Virus record (IMG/VR): IMGVR_UViG_3300036900_000025
Span: 1 to 64,000 of that record
Length of the DNA: 64,000 nucleotides
Reading direction: 5' to 3' (one strand)
Source of the DNA: a virus
In this document: positions 38,501-47,174 of the stretch, piece by piece
Position numbering within the stretch: position 1 is the stretch's first letter
How the letters are laid out: each line of letters opens with the position of its first letter
The notes under the pieces: model-generated
What the model saw: the letters and a program-made list of their open reading frames with translations, nothing else
Database searches by the model: none
Told to the model about the DNA's origin: nothing
Made by a program: the position numbers and the translations under genes

Positions 38501-38539
38501 TTCGTTGACGTGACGATCCCCTACACTGAGGTCATCTAG
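35501..38539 (+). CDS. minor tail protein with tandem Ig/FN3-like repeats (distal-tail-like C-terminus)
   Basis: Three ~110-aa repeats PP.PT.LTPA.G.TVT...P.LGAT.GAA...F...WY.RAR; YLLRTPFGD C-terminus. Confidence 0.8.
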   Translation: MGQVNIVPDGGSVYQINDFNQGTYYGQSSFPVAAGQFSQINWGYPGVGYYMFDEAHGYPASSRHIIQVRSAATMYQSHNECISTFAVAGLGSDAQLTGTTAYTTVYGAWVAPPAAGSHFDIAWYQDNRPSGLASSFRLIDVWVEVIYADYPSNPVAASDKSVATTTFTAQVTLPAIGTGQSQSAQFQIATDPGFGNVIWSGGTGQVGSGLVTVTSPVVGPGTYYARAYALDQYGYGSGWSGTQTITVSYPAPPTPTVVTPASGATVTIPNPVLGATLGAATNGQTQRAEWQIAPDNTFTSGVRVITEATSDLRVSGATTESPTLANLNLANGTWWVRARSIDVYGQASGYSAGTSFTVSVAPPPVPTVLTPASGATVTTTNPTLGATLGAASNGRLSKAEWRLSKDNTFAVGVYTVTEADGDRRTSGATTELVPTSVVRLTNGTWYMQARSIADDGSASAFSATQSFTVALAAPPTPTALTPAAGSTVTTNTPTVGGTVGAATDNRKSKLEFQFATDSGFTTNIKTVLEPDTALRLSGASTIAVPIAQKLSQTTWYMRARAIDEFGSYGAYTASQTIIPNHPPNSTGQAPTANITLLYAGTTPFSWVFTDPFAGDSQRAYQIVIERNDTGATVLDTGKIVSTSQAVTAAIPVGSKDVQLRWKLQVWDQDDVGSGFSNYYLFYVSDAPVVTITSPTLNQVVGSGKPTITWTNDAQTVQQSYRVVFTRVSDGAVIHDSGVVLSNALSYTPPQTILTNLVNYSVAVTIVDTVGLSTTVNRPFSTSYTAPPTVTYTADGSTYDIGGYVGIDWSQQTPDPTWLSWRLYRRALGDSQWTFLKAWTDVNVRTYKDWTALSGTTYEYAVTQTADRSGVTFESIPPVNLTDVPTISSYYWLLNPTDSTKNFLISNVSSDSYTDSVEQETYTVIGRGQRTDYGTDLGITGTITALLRDRTWATARQQKQFLENIKRDRVAYLLRTPFGDLYQVSMNDVTVSRVAGVGRSEFVDVTIPYTEVI

Positions 38540-38541
38540 GA

Positions 38542-39690
38542 ATGGCACCGGCTCCCGTTGCAGCCGTCCTGGCCGCAGTCAATGGACCTACTACTCAGGT
38601 CACCTCTCGGCTTGAGATCTACGAGACGGATGCCCTCACGCGGTGGGTGGGTGATACTCAGGGAAGGCTGATCGACGGCTCGGTTACGGTTGACTACGAC
38701 CGTGATGAGCGCAGAGCATTTGATCTGACTCTGGACAACTACGATAACGCTCTGGCTCACGACCCTAACGGTGGGTTCTGGTACGACAAGGTCCTTAAGC
38801 TCTACAAGGGTATCACCTATCAGCAAGAAGTAGGTGGTAACTTTGTTTACCAGACTGTTACCTGGGAGACGCAGATCGGCGAGTTCGTCATCGACCAACT
38901 GAGTGAGGCTCACTTCCCTCACCAGCTTCACGTCACCGGCCGGGACTACACGAAGCGCTGCTTGACCTCCAAGTTCGTCACTTCAACGACCTTCAGTGCT
39001 GGCCAGGCAATCGAAACACTGGTTCGTAACATCGCTGCGCTCGCTGGCATCACAAAGTTCCTTCTCCCCAACACAGGCAAGACTGTTGACCGCACCTTCA
39101 CCTACGAGCGTGGTGTCGAGCGCTGGAAGGCCATGAAGGAGATTGCGGACGCCTACGGTTACGAGCTGTTCTTCGACGGTCAGGGTTACCTCGTCATGCG
39201 GGAGTATAAAGATCCAGTCTACGCGCCTACGTCGGTCGTCCTCTCGACGGGTCAAGCGGGTAACCTCGTAACTTACGAGAAGTCCACGAACGATACTCGG
39301 GTCTACAACCACATTGTCGTGACTGGCGAGTCTTCGGATACGTCTGTGGCTCCTGTGTTCGCTGAGGCGCTCAACAACGAGCCGTCGAGCCCGACGAGGA
39401 TTGCTCGTCTTGGTGACAGGCTCTACGAGTACACGAGTTCGTTCATCACGACCGTTGCTCAGTGCCAGGACACCGCGACAAAGTTCCTCAAGATCCATGC
39501 GCTGGAGGAGTACGACTTCAACTTCAGCTCGATCGCCTACCCCTGGCTAGAAGTCGGAGACATCGCGCAGTTCATCGACCCTCGGCCAGGCGTTGGCGAC
39601 CCTGACCGATTTCTTATGTCAACTCTTTCGATTCCACTCAAGGGCGGGCCGATGACTGGTAACGCCAAGCGAGTGACGGTGGTGGGATAA
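38542..39690 (+). CDS. minor tail / baseplate hub protein
   Basis: DGSVTVDYDRDERR, LFFDGQG, VYNHIVVTGE, PWLEVGD. Confidence 0.8.
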   Translation: MAPAPVAAVLAAVNGPTTQVTSRLEIYETDALTRWVGDTQGRLIDGSVTVDYDRDERRAFDLTLDNYDNALAHDPNGGFWYDKVLKLYKGITYQQEVGGNFVYQTVTWETQIGEFVIDQLSEAHFPHQLHVTGRDYTKRCLTSKFVTSTTFSAGQAIETLVRNIAALAGITKFLLPNTGKTVDRTFTYERGVERWKAMKEIADAYGYELFFDGQGYLVMREYKDPVYAPTSVVLSTGQAGNLVTYEKSTNDTRVYNHIVVTGESSDTSVAPVFAEALNNEPSSPTRIARLGDRLYEYTSSFITTVAQCQDTATKFLKIHALEEYDFNFSSIAYPWLEVGDIAQFIDPRPGVGDPDRFLMSTLSIPLKGGPMTGNAKRVTVVG

Positions 39691-41096
39691 TGGCTGACCT
39701 TGACGAGTACCCAACCGCTCTGCGCTTCCGTGACATCATCCAGAGTATGGTGTCAGCGCAGATCGAGAAAAACCGTCCTCGTTACAAGTACGCCGTCGTC
39801 AAGTCCATTGACCGTGTCAACTACAAGAGCACGGTGCGGTTCCCTGGCGAGACTGTAGACGTAACGGTCAATATGGGAGCAGTCCAGCCGAACGCGATCA
39901 ACCAGGTCGTTCGGGTGGATGGGATCGCGTCTGACCGCTACATCGCCGATGTCATGGGACTGGCCTACGTTGCGGCTGCTTCGCCGAGCAATCCGGCCTA
40001 CCCTGTAACCGATGCAGCCTTCAACACGACTACGCCTGCGTTCTTCAAGTCAGGCATCGGAATTTCTCCATCGGTCAACACGAATGACTTTGCATCGGGC
40101 ATCTATTGGGGCCCGATGGGAGGTCAAGCAGCCCAGGCTGGTATCTATGTCCAGCAGTCAAGCGTCTATGGGACGAAGATGTACTTCGCCACCACGGATG
40201 CATTCGGTACAGGCCAGAAGACTGGCATGTATATCGACCACTTGGGCAACGTCTACTTGCCTCGAGTTGGCTCTGCTCTTACCGCTCCTAAGCTTGTAGT
40301 CGGTAGTACTGTTATCGAACCGAATGCTGGAACGTACTCACAACTTCAGATCACAAACGGTTCCAAGTCTGGCTACTCTGGATTCCACTTTGCCGATGAA
40401 GGCTTGACCTTGATGATTGACGGCTCTGGTGCAAGTGGAGTCTACACTGACGCTGGTGCATGGATCTTCTACTTTGACTCTTCAGGCACTCTTGGTGCTG
40501 GTACGGTTCCAGGTGCTAGGGTATCTGGAGCAGTAGGTGCTGCCAACACTCTCTACAATACTTCTGGAAACTACGCCACCTGGAACTGGTCTGGACAGGG
40601 TGGTCAGCCAGCGTGGCTGTGGGGCGGCAACGACAGCGTCAACATGTACGTCTACAACCCCTCGAACTTCAACGTCTACAGTGTTCAGACGGGTTCACCA
40701 TACCCTGTAATCGCAGCCAGCATTACGATTGGTGGTTCTGCAAACACCTTTATCTCGTCAAACGGCACGATGCAGAAGGTGTCCTCTTCACTTCGACACA
40801 AGACGAATGTACGTCGGATGCTTGGTGGGAAAGATATCCACCAGGGGTTCCCCCACGGACTGCTTCAGTTGGAAGCAAAGAAGTGGCTCTTTCGTCAGCG
40901 TCTCGAAGCCGAGAAGGATCGTTATGAGATCGGGTTCATCGCAGAGGACGTAGCCGAGGTCTTCCCCGACGCGATCTACTATGACGAGGAAGGTAAGATT
41001 GATGCCTACTCGCACCCTGCGATTGAGACTGCGCTTGTCGAACTTGTCAAAGAGCTGTTCAAGCGCGTGGAGAAGCTGGAAGGAAAGGCTGCCTAA
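39690..41096 (+). CDS. tail fibre/spike with a C-terminal intramolecular chaperone (peptidase S74-like)
   Basis: SSLRHKTNV cleavage motif, GFIAEDVAEVFP, terminal coiled coil. Confidence 0.85.
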   Translation: MADLDEYPTALRFRDIIQSMVSAQIEKNRPRYKYAVVKSIDRVNYKSTVRFPGETVDVTVNMGAVQPNAINQVVRVDGIASDRYIADVMGLAYVAAASPSNPAYPVTDAAFNTTTPAFFKSGIGISPSVNTNDFASGIYWGPMGGQAAQAGIYVQQSSVYGTKMYFATTDAFGTGQKTGMYIDHLGNVYLPRVGSALTAPKLVVGSTVIEPNAGTYSQLQITNGSKSGYSGFHFADEGLTLMIDGSGASGVYTDAGAWIFYFDSSGTLGAGTVPGARVSGAVGAANTLYNTSGNYATWNWSGQGGQPAWLWGGNDSVNMYVYNPSNFNVYSVQTGSPYPVIAASITIGGSANTFISSNGTMQKVSSSLRHKTNVRRMLGGKDIHQGFPHGLLQLEAKKWLFRQRLEAEKDRYEIGFIAEDVAEVFPDAIYYDEEGKIDAYSHPAIETALVELVKELFKRVEKLEGKAA

Positions 41097-41362
41097 TGGC
41101 TACCATCTCTGTCACAATCCCCGACGCTCTCATTCCGAGAGTTCGTGATGCAGTCCGGGGAACCTACGCAACAATCCCGGTCGGCGGTGACCCGATGAAT
41201 CTCGATCCACTGAAGGGATTGTCTGACGGAGCAGCGATCAAGTGGGTCATGGCGGACTTCATCCAGAAGATCGTCAAGGACTGGGAGTCCAAGCAGGCCG
41301 CGGCGGTGGCACGAGACACTGCCATGACGACCGCAGCAACAGACATGTCCGCAATCGTCTAG
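41096..41362 (+). CDS. hypothetical protein
   Basis: TAATG coupling. Confidence 0.75.
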   Translation: MATISVTIPDALIPRVRDAVRGTYATIPVGGDPMNLDPLKGLSDGAAIKWVMADFIQKIVKDWESKQAAAVARDTAMTTAATDMSAIV

Positions 41363-41371
41363 GAGAAGAAC

Positions 41372-41635
41372 GTGAGTGAGAACCAGCAGGAACCGATGCC
41401 GGAGCAGTTTCCCCCGCCGAAGATGATTGACCCTCAGTTCGTCATCCAGGCACTCGATCAGCAGCTCAACGAAGCGATGCGAACCCTCGTCCAGCTGCGT
41501 GCTCAAATGGCGCAGATGCAGTACGAGCACTCCGTCGAGGTCAAGACCCTGACCGAGGTGCTCCAGACCTACCAGCAGGTCGAAGAGTTCACCCTGCCCC
41601 CGGAGCCCGGCAAGGACGGTGCCGACCACGCTTGA
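41372..41635 (+). CDS. coiled-coil hypothetical protein
   Basis: AGGAG SD. Confidence 0.75.
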   Translation: MSENQQEPMPEQFPPPKMIDPQFVIQALDQQLNEAMRTLVQLRAQMAQMQYEHSVEVKTLTEVLQTYQQVEEFTLPPEPGKDGADHA

Positions 41636-41660
41636 CAAGGAGGGAAACATCACCTAACCT
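41632..41660 (+). promoter_or_regulatory. promoter ahead of the lysis cassette
   Basis: TTGACA-17-TAACCT. Confidence 0.65.
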
Positions 41661-41699
41661 TGCCACACCCGACAACCGGACACAGGAGGTCCACGCAAG

Positions 41700-42104
41700 A
41701 TGACGGATACCACGAGCACAGTTTCAGAGACGGTCGCAAGACCAGTCCGAACTGTTGTCCAGATGACTCCAGCCGCGATCGTAGTCGAGATCGTGGATTC
41801 GACTTTCTGGGACATGAACCAGCGCCAGTACACGGCGATCTTCGCCGGCCTCACGCTCCTGTTCGGCTTCATCCAGGTTCACTTCGAGAACCGCACTGGC
41901 AAGGCGTTCCTTCGCCAGATCCCTCCGAAGGACGTCCCAGTCGTCGATGACGACAAGCCTGTCATTCCCGAGGATGACGGACCGAACGACGACGAGGACA
42001 TTGAGCAGGCTCCTCGTCAGTGGGGTGACGAGGTCAACGGAGACGATGACCACGGCCACAACGTCGGCGAAGAGGTCGAGGACCCGTTCGAGGACGCACG
42101 ATGA
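41700..42104 (+). CDS. putative holin
   Basis: RTVVQ motif, two hydrophobic segments, very acidic tail; precedes the lysin. Confidence 0.7.
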   Translation: MTDTTSTVSETVARPVRTVVQMTPAAIVVEIVDSTFWDMNQRQYTAIFAGLTLLFGFIQVHFENRTGKAFLRQIPPKDVPVVDDDKPVIPEDDGPNDDEDIEQAPRQWGDEVNGDDDHGHNVGEEVEDPFEDAR

Positions 42105-42748
42105 GGGGCCCGGCATTCGAGGGATCGAACTGGTATCTCGCGCACAGCCTCCGCAACCTCGTTGCCGAGATCGACTACCGCTACCCGAAGAGGCCCATCG
42201 CCTCTGACGGCAGCATCGGTGACACTCGACACCAGGCCGAGTTCTCGGACCACAACCCTGATGGCAAGGGCTGCGTCCACGCAATCGACATCACGACCGG
42301 CGTGGACGTGGGAGAGCAGGTCACTCGCCTACTCCTGACGCGGGCTCGTCGGGGCCAGCTCAAGTGCCTCTACTACGTCATCTTCCGTGGGGTGATCTAC
42401 AGCAAGACCTACGGCTGGAAGGCGCGGAAGTACACCGGCTCCGACCCGCACACGAGCCATGTCCACATCTCGATCAACCGGGACGTGGCGTCGGAGCGCT
42501 GGGACGGCCTCTGGGGCGTTCGTCGGCTCGTGGACAACAGCCAGCTCGGCGACGACCAGAAGGACGACTGGGTTGTAGTCCAGCGTCGGCTCAACGTCAA
42601 GCTGCACACTGGCATCGTGGTGGACGGCACGCCCGACGCCAAGACGCGAACTGCGATCAAGAAGGTCCAGAAGATCCTCGGCAACAAGCAGACCGGCAAC
42701 CCCGGCACGGAAGTTCTGCACTGGCTTGGCTGCTACGTCCTTCGGTAG
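42101..42748 (+). CDS. endolysin (Zn peptidase, M15-like) with a peptidoglycan-binding domain
   Basis: SIGDTRH, SDHNP, AIDI, HTSHVHIS; C-terminal VQRRL...VDG...TRTAIKKVQ...TG. Confidence 0.8.
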   Translation: MRGPAFEGSNWYLAHSLRNLVAEIDYRYPKRPIASDGSIGDTRHQAEFSDHNPDGKGCVHAIDITTGVDVGEQVTRLLLTRARRGQLKCLYYVIFRGVIYSKTYGWKARKYTGSDPHTSHVHISINRDVASERWDGLWGVRRLVDNSQLGDDQKDDWVVVQRRLNVKLHTGIVVDGTPDAKTRTAIKKVQKILGNKQTGNPGTEVLHWLGCYVLR

Positions 42749-42751
42749 GTC

Positions 42752-43105
42752 ATGGCCCCACTCGAGAGTGAGAGTCCCGTAGTCGCTCAGTTAGCGGAGC
42801 GGCTACGGGACGCTCTTGTGAGGCTTGAAGGTCTTGCGTCGAAGATCGACCAGCAGTACCTCAGCAAGGAACTCTGGAAGGCTGACTCGGCTCGCTTGGA
42901 CGAGGTCGTCCGCAGCATCCGACAGTCAATTACAAACGTAGAACAGATCGAAGCAACACACGCGACGAAAGAAGAGCTTGCACAGGTAAGACTGAACGTT
43001 GCCGAGTTGCAAGACGACAAGAAGTGGCTTGTTCGTCTTGTGATTGGTCTTATCGTCGTCGGTGTCATATCAGGCTTTATCGCGTCTGGAGGTTTCTCCA
43101 AGTGA
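42752..43105 (+). CDS. membrane protein (coiled coil plus C-terminal TM)
   Basis: WLVRLVIGLIVVGVISGFIA. Confidence 0.8.
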   Translation: MAPLESESPVVAQLAERLRDALVRLEGLASKIDQQYLSKELWKADSARLDEVVRSIRQSITNVEQIEATHATKEELAQVRLNVAELQDDKKWLVRLVIGLIVVGVISGFIASGGFSK

Positions 43106-43281
43106 CGCACCGTGCGGAGCCAGTGGTTGCGCCCACCGAGGAGGAAATGCTAGCCTTGGTGAACGATGCGATCAATGAGCTGAATAAGGTGGCTCAGCAT
43201 CTCGAGGCTTACGTCGGAGAAAGAAGTCCCGCTGAAAGAACACGGCGTGATGACGAACCACACCACTGGAGCGAGCCTTGA
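43102..43281 (+). CDS. small hypothetical protein
   Basis: GTGA overlap; GGAGGT SD. Confidence 0.6.
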   Translation: MTHRAEPVVAPTEEEMLALVNDAINELNKVAQHLEAYVGERSPAERTRRDDEPHHWSEP

Positions 43282-43745
43282 GCGAGCAGCCCATCAAGGG
43301 TGACAAGGGAGACAAGGGCGACAAAGGCGCCACAGGGGACACATCTCTTCTCGTACACGAAGTGCAACGTCTGGTAACGCTGGTGACGGCGCTCAACAAC
43401 CGGATGACGCAGTTCCCGGACCGTGAGGAGGTGAAGCACGAGGGGCGCAGTCGGATGATTAAGGCACTGGTGTTCGGCGTGGTCCTCATTCTTGTTGCGC
43501 AGTTGCTGACGCTTATGACCGTCAGCTACTGCTTTCTCACGCCACAACCAGGCGACCCCCACCGGGTTCTCTGCAGTGCTATCCCCGGTTACAACAAGGC
43601 CCTCGACGACGGCCAGACACGACTCGACAGGTTTCAGCTTCTGCTAGGACAGATCGCGCTGAACAAGAAGCTCAACCGTGAGCAGGACATTCGGCTCGAG
43701 ATCCTAGAGCAGCAGCTCGCCGATCTGAAGAAGCAGAACCCCTAG
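43278..43745 (+). CDS. membrane protein of the lysis cassette
   Basis: One TM segment, two Cys, coiled coil. Confidence 0.75.
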   Translation: MSEQPIKGDKGDKGDKGATGDTSLLVHEVQRLVTLVTALNNRMTQFPDREEVKHEGRSRMIKALVFGVVLILVAQLLTLMTVSYCFLTPQPGDPHRVLCSAIPGYNKALDDGQTRLDRFQLLLGQIALNKKLNREQDIRLEILEQQLADLKKQNP

Positions 43746-44935
43746 TCCTCGTCAATCGCGGACTTCGCCTCGATCGCAACCTTTGGTTCGCCTGTCTTGT
43801 AGAAGATCATCGCCTCCACCTGCTTGCGCTGCTCAGGTGTGAGGCGTTGGTCTTTCTTTAGCTTGTCGAGCTGAGCCATAGTGATCGACACGCCGCCGTA
43901 CTGCAGGAAGATCTGCGGGCCGACGATGGACTCGATGCGCTCGGGGTCAGCTTGGCGGCGACGCGAGGACTTGAAGTAGAGCCGATGCGTGTCGGACTCG
44001 ATCTCGATTAGCTCGCGTTCACGGAGGTCAGTCTCGATCAGCTTGTCCAGCTCTTCGATCGCAGAGTTGATCGCAGACTGCTGGTAGGTCAGGATTGCGC
44101 GTAGGTCGATAGCGTCTTCGGCCTTCTCGATGCCGAAGGTTCCACCTACCGCGATGTTCTTTTGCAGCGCTCCGCAGTTGGCTTTGCGGACGCAAAAGCG
44201 GCACTCGGCGTTCAGCCGCTCCTCGGATTCGCCCTCTTTCGTAGCCAAGATATCCTCGGCCTTGCGGAGGATGAAGTTCCAAGTTGCGGTGATCTCTGCA
44301 CGGGTAAACACGATACCGCTGTCAGTGTGGCGCAGCATGTCGAAGACGACCCAGATCGTGTCGTACTCGATGCCCTGCGCCTTGAGCTGGATCGCCGCCG
44401 CTAGTGCATAGATTCGCGCCTGTATCTTCTTGGGCAGATCCTGCGGGCGAACGTCCCAGCGAGACGTCTTGTAGTCAACGACCCGGAACTCCTTCTCGCC
44501 GATCTGGTCAAAGCGGTCCCAGATGTAGTTGAGGGGGATCGGACCCGCCGTGGTCGGGACATCGAAGTGATCCTTGACCTCGCATGAGATCACCTTGATC
44601 GGGTAGCCGTATCGCTCCCAGATCGTGCGGTTGTACCAGTTGGTCAGCATCTCGATGCCGTCGTGGTAGTCAGGCGTATCGAGATCCGCTGTGCCGAACG
44701 TCGTCATGTACGACATGCGGAAGTAGACGAGAAGGTTCTCCAGAGTGTATGGCTCGGGATTCTCGCTGAGCTTCGTGGCTTTGACGAACAGCTCAAGCGC
44801 AGAGTGACACGACGTTCCGAGGCTTGCTGCGGTCCCACCTTCTCCGCGACCTCTATTGATCTGTTCTGCTTCGTACCTCGCCATGCACAGTTCTGCAACG
44901 TGCAAAGCGGTCGCAGAGAATGACTTAGGAATCAT
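43742..44935 (-). CDS. Cas4/RecB-like PD-(D/E)XK exonuclease
   Basis: N-terminal Cys, GTSCHSALE, WDRFD, VVDYKT, QARIY, CRFC...C. Confidence 0.9.
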   Translation of the reverse strand: MIPKSFSATALHVAELCMARYEAEQINRGRGEGGTAASLGTSCHSALELFVKATKLSENPEPYTLENLLVYFRMSYMTTFGTADLDTPDYHDGIEMLTNWYNRTIWERYGYPIKVISCEVKDHFDVPTTAGPIPLNYIWDRFDQIGEKEFRVVDYKTSRWDVRPQDLPKKIQARIYALAAAIQLKAQGIEYDTIWVVFDMLRHTDSGIVFTRAEITATWNFILRKAEDILATKEGESEERLNAECRFCVRKANCGALQKNIAVGGTFGIEKAEDAIDLRAILTYQQSAINSAIEELDKLIETDLRERELIEIESDTHRLYFKSSRRRQADPERIESIVGPQIFLQYGGVSITMAQLDKLKKDQRLTPEQRKQVEAMIFYKTGEPKVAIEAKSAIDED

Positions 44936-45134
44936 TGTCTATCTCATCCTGTCGGGTGATGAGTCGGCCAGCCCACACACCGTGAGTGGAGCTGGATCTG
45001 TCACGGAACTCGTCACACTGAGCCCGTACGCCACAGCCAAGGCAAACCATCTTGGCTTCGTTAGCCAGAGACGCCTGGCCACGCGGAGGGAAGAACATCT
45101 CGGGGTCTTTGTCTCGACACGCTGCCTGCCCCAA
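44925..45134 (-). CDS. whiB: WhiB family transcription factor
   Basis: AACRDKDPEMFFP, AKMVCLGCGVRAQC, GVWAG. Confidence 0.95.
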   Translation of the reverse strand: MGQAACRDKDPEMFFPPRGQASLANEAKMVCLGCGVRAQCDEFRDRSSSTHGVWAGRLITRQDEIDNDS

Positions 45135-45184
45135 CCAGACCTTGTCGTTCGGGTCGAGCTTAAAGAGGCTAAGCAGCTCCCGAA

Positions 45185-45631
45185 CTACGCTTTTGGGTCG
45201 TCAGCGTCCTCGTCAGAAGCAACACCCAGCTCCTGCGCGTCACGAAGAGCATCCTGACGAGCCAGCTCCTCCGGACTGAGCTCTTGCTTCGCGTCGTAGA
45301 CGACAGGGCGGAAGTCTGCGCCCTGAGAGAATGGAGTGAAATTCTTGTCTAACGACACAACCTCGATCGGAACAGCAGAGTCCTGTTCCGGCGTCGTAGG
45401 GTCCTCGCTGAACACCGGCCCCATGTCGGACTCGCCGGTCTGCTTGACCACCTCGACCTTGACTGCCTGAGGGGTCTGCTTCGGGTCGGGCTGAGAGAAC
45501 ACGTCCACGGCCTGCGATCCGTCAGGCGGCGGCGGCGGGGCGAAAGGGTCTACAGGCTCCATGTCCCCTGCAGCGGGTGAACTTGGCATCAGTGCTAGCC
45601 TCCGTGGTGGTGTCGGGCGCGGTGCTGGCAT
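45185..45631 (-). CDS. Pro/acidic low-complexity protein
   Basis: ORF heading the WhiB/Cas4 unit. Confidence 0.65.
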   Translation of the reverse strand: MPAPRPTPPRRLALMPSSPAAGDMEPVDPFAPPPPPDGSQAVDVFSQPDPKQTPQAVKVEVVKQTGESDMGPVFSEDPTTPEQDSAVPIEVVSLDKNFTPFSQGADFRPVVYDAKQELSPEELARQDALRDAQELGVASDEDADDPKA

Positions 45632-45687
45632 GGTAGCCCATCGGGCCGGTAGTGTGGTACCGACACGCGCAGGATAGGAGACAATCG

Positions 45688-46083
45688 GTGCAGCCAGCCG
45701 TACAGGACATCACCGTTCGGCAAGGTGACCGATTCGACCTCTTCGTGCGTCTGCGCCAGAAGGTCTGGAATCCAGCGCTCAACGGTGGTGCGGGCGACTG
45801 GGAACCAGGCCCCTACGTTGACCTCACCGGCAAGACCGTTCGCAGCCAGGTCCGCAACACTGCCGACGACACGACGGTCCGAGCAACCTTCACTCCGACC
45901 ATCAGTGATCAGGTCACTCTCAAGGGTGGCTGCCTCCTTACACTCTTTCCGGTGGACACCAGGGCCCTCATCGTCAACGCAGTCTACGACGTGGAGGTCG
46001 AGACGACTGCGACTCCAACCGACACCGAGACGTTCCTCGAGGGGGCGATCACACTCAAGAAGGAGATCACCCGCGTACCGTGA
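45688..46083 (+). CDS. beta-sandwich virion attachment protein (BppU-N/LtfC-like)
   Basis: ITVRQGD.F, VDLTG, QVR, YDVEV, LEG...EITR pattern; AGGAG SD. Confidence 0.65.
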   Translation: MQPAVQDITVRQGDRFDLFVRLRQKVWNPALNGGAGDWEPGPYVDLTGKTVRSQVRNTADDTTVRATFTPTISDQVTLKGGCLLTLFPVDTRALIVNAVYDVEVETTATPTDTETFLEGAITLKKEITRVP

Positions 46084-46325
46084 GTTACTTCGTAGAGGTC
46101 ACTCTTGACCCGGACGTCTCAGCAACCGAGGTGCCGGACAACTCGGTTGACTACTACCTCGAAGTCTCGTACGGGAATCAGACCGAACTTCTCACCGGCA
46201 TCGAAGATGTGCCCTTCGGGGTCGAAGTCAGCTTGCCAGCCTTGCCGAGAACAGACTACGCGATCATCGCGGCAGGAAGTCCGTTACCAACTGACCCGAC
46301 CATCATGGTCGTGTACGAGTACTGA
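46080..46325 (+). CDS. small acidic protein
   Basis: GTGA overlap. Confidence 0.7.
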   Translation: MSYFVEVTLDPDVSATEVPDNSVDYYLEVSYGNQTELLTGIEDVPFGVEVSLPALPRTDYAIIAAGSPLPTDPTIMVVYEY

Positions 46326-46333
46326 GGAGAGAC

Positions 46334-46684
46334 ATGGCTGACGAAGCCACCACTCCGGCCCTGAAGAGGGGCTGTGAGCTGTGCGGAGGGGTCGATGACC
46401 ACCCTCGTACACTGCACTACCTCGCACCAGGCGATGACCGCGGAGTCATGCCCGACGATGTCCTGAACAAGCTCATCGAGAACGGCATCTCTGGCGAGAT
46501 GCTCAAGGAGCTGCAGGACCCGGCGACGTTCTTTGTCCACATCGACTGCTGCGCGCAGTCGGGTCGCTGCCCGATCCCCGACGGCCCCTTCAGTCGGTCC
46601 TGCAACACGGAGTTGAGTCGCGCCAAGGTGAACGGCGAGACGGGCGACGCGATGCGCAAGAAGCTGCAGGCGGTGAGCAACTGA
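46334..46684 (+). CDS. Cys/His-rich Zn-binding protein
   Basis: CELCGGVDDHPR..H and HIDCC...C...C. Confidence 0.8.
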   Translation: MADEATTPALKRGCELCGGVDDHPRTLHYLAPGDDRGVMPDDVLNKLIENGISGEMLKELQDPATFFVHIDCCAQSGRCPIPDGPFSRSCNTELSRAKVNGETGDAMRKKLQAVSN

Positions 46685-47100
46685 TGGGCGCACTCGTCGC
46701 AGTACACGGCCAGGGCCTCCTCGACGCCAGCACTGACCAGTCCGGAGCTGCCGTCCGTGTGACCACCGGCCCGCTCAAGCTTCGCCAGATGACGGCCAAC
46801 GGGTCCAACACCGCTGCAGGTACCGAGGTCGCCACGGGTGGCGGCTACACCTCGGGCGTCGGTGCTCCCACCGTCACCTTCGCCGCTGCGTCGGGTACCG
46901 CACCCGTCCAGACGACGAACTCCGGTGCTGTCACGATCTCCAACTATCCACGCGCAGAGACTGTTGTGGGCATCGAGGTCTGGGACAGCGCCGGTACCCC
47001 TCTCCGCAAGTGGTGGGGTGCGCTGACTGCCTCCAAGACGATGGCAGCTGGCGACACGCTCTCCTACGCGATCGGTGCGATTGCTCTCCAGCTTCCCTGA
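46684..47100 (+). CDS. small fibre-type structural protein
   Basis: GTEV.GGGY, VTFAAAS, TNS, IEVWD, GALTASKT.AAGDT pattern seen in small phage fibre proteins; strong codon bias. Confidence 0.7.
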   Translation: MGALVAVHGQGLLDASTDQSGAAVRVTTGPLKLRQMTANGSNTAAGTEVATGGGYTSGVGAPTVTFAAASGTAPVQTTNSGAVTISNYPRAETVVGIEVWDSAGTPLRKWWGALTASKTMAAGDTLSYAIGAIALQLP

Positions 47101-47113
47101 GAGCACTCAAGAC

Positions 47114-47151
47114 CAGCCGGGGTCCTCGTGGGCATCGCAGGACCCCGGCTG
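47114..47151 (+). terminator. hairpin between the small fibre gene and the long repeat gene
   Basis: CAGCCGGGGTCCT...AGGACCCCGGCTG 13-bp perfect inverted repeat. Confidence 0.75.
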
Positions 47152-47174
47152 ACCGACGTTTAGGGAGGTGAGTA

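Noticed and set aside
43296-43340. Collagen-like fibre (GDKGDKGDKGATG)
   Set aside because: Only about four Gly-X-Y triplets in a membrane protein; too short for a fibre
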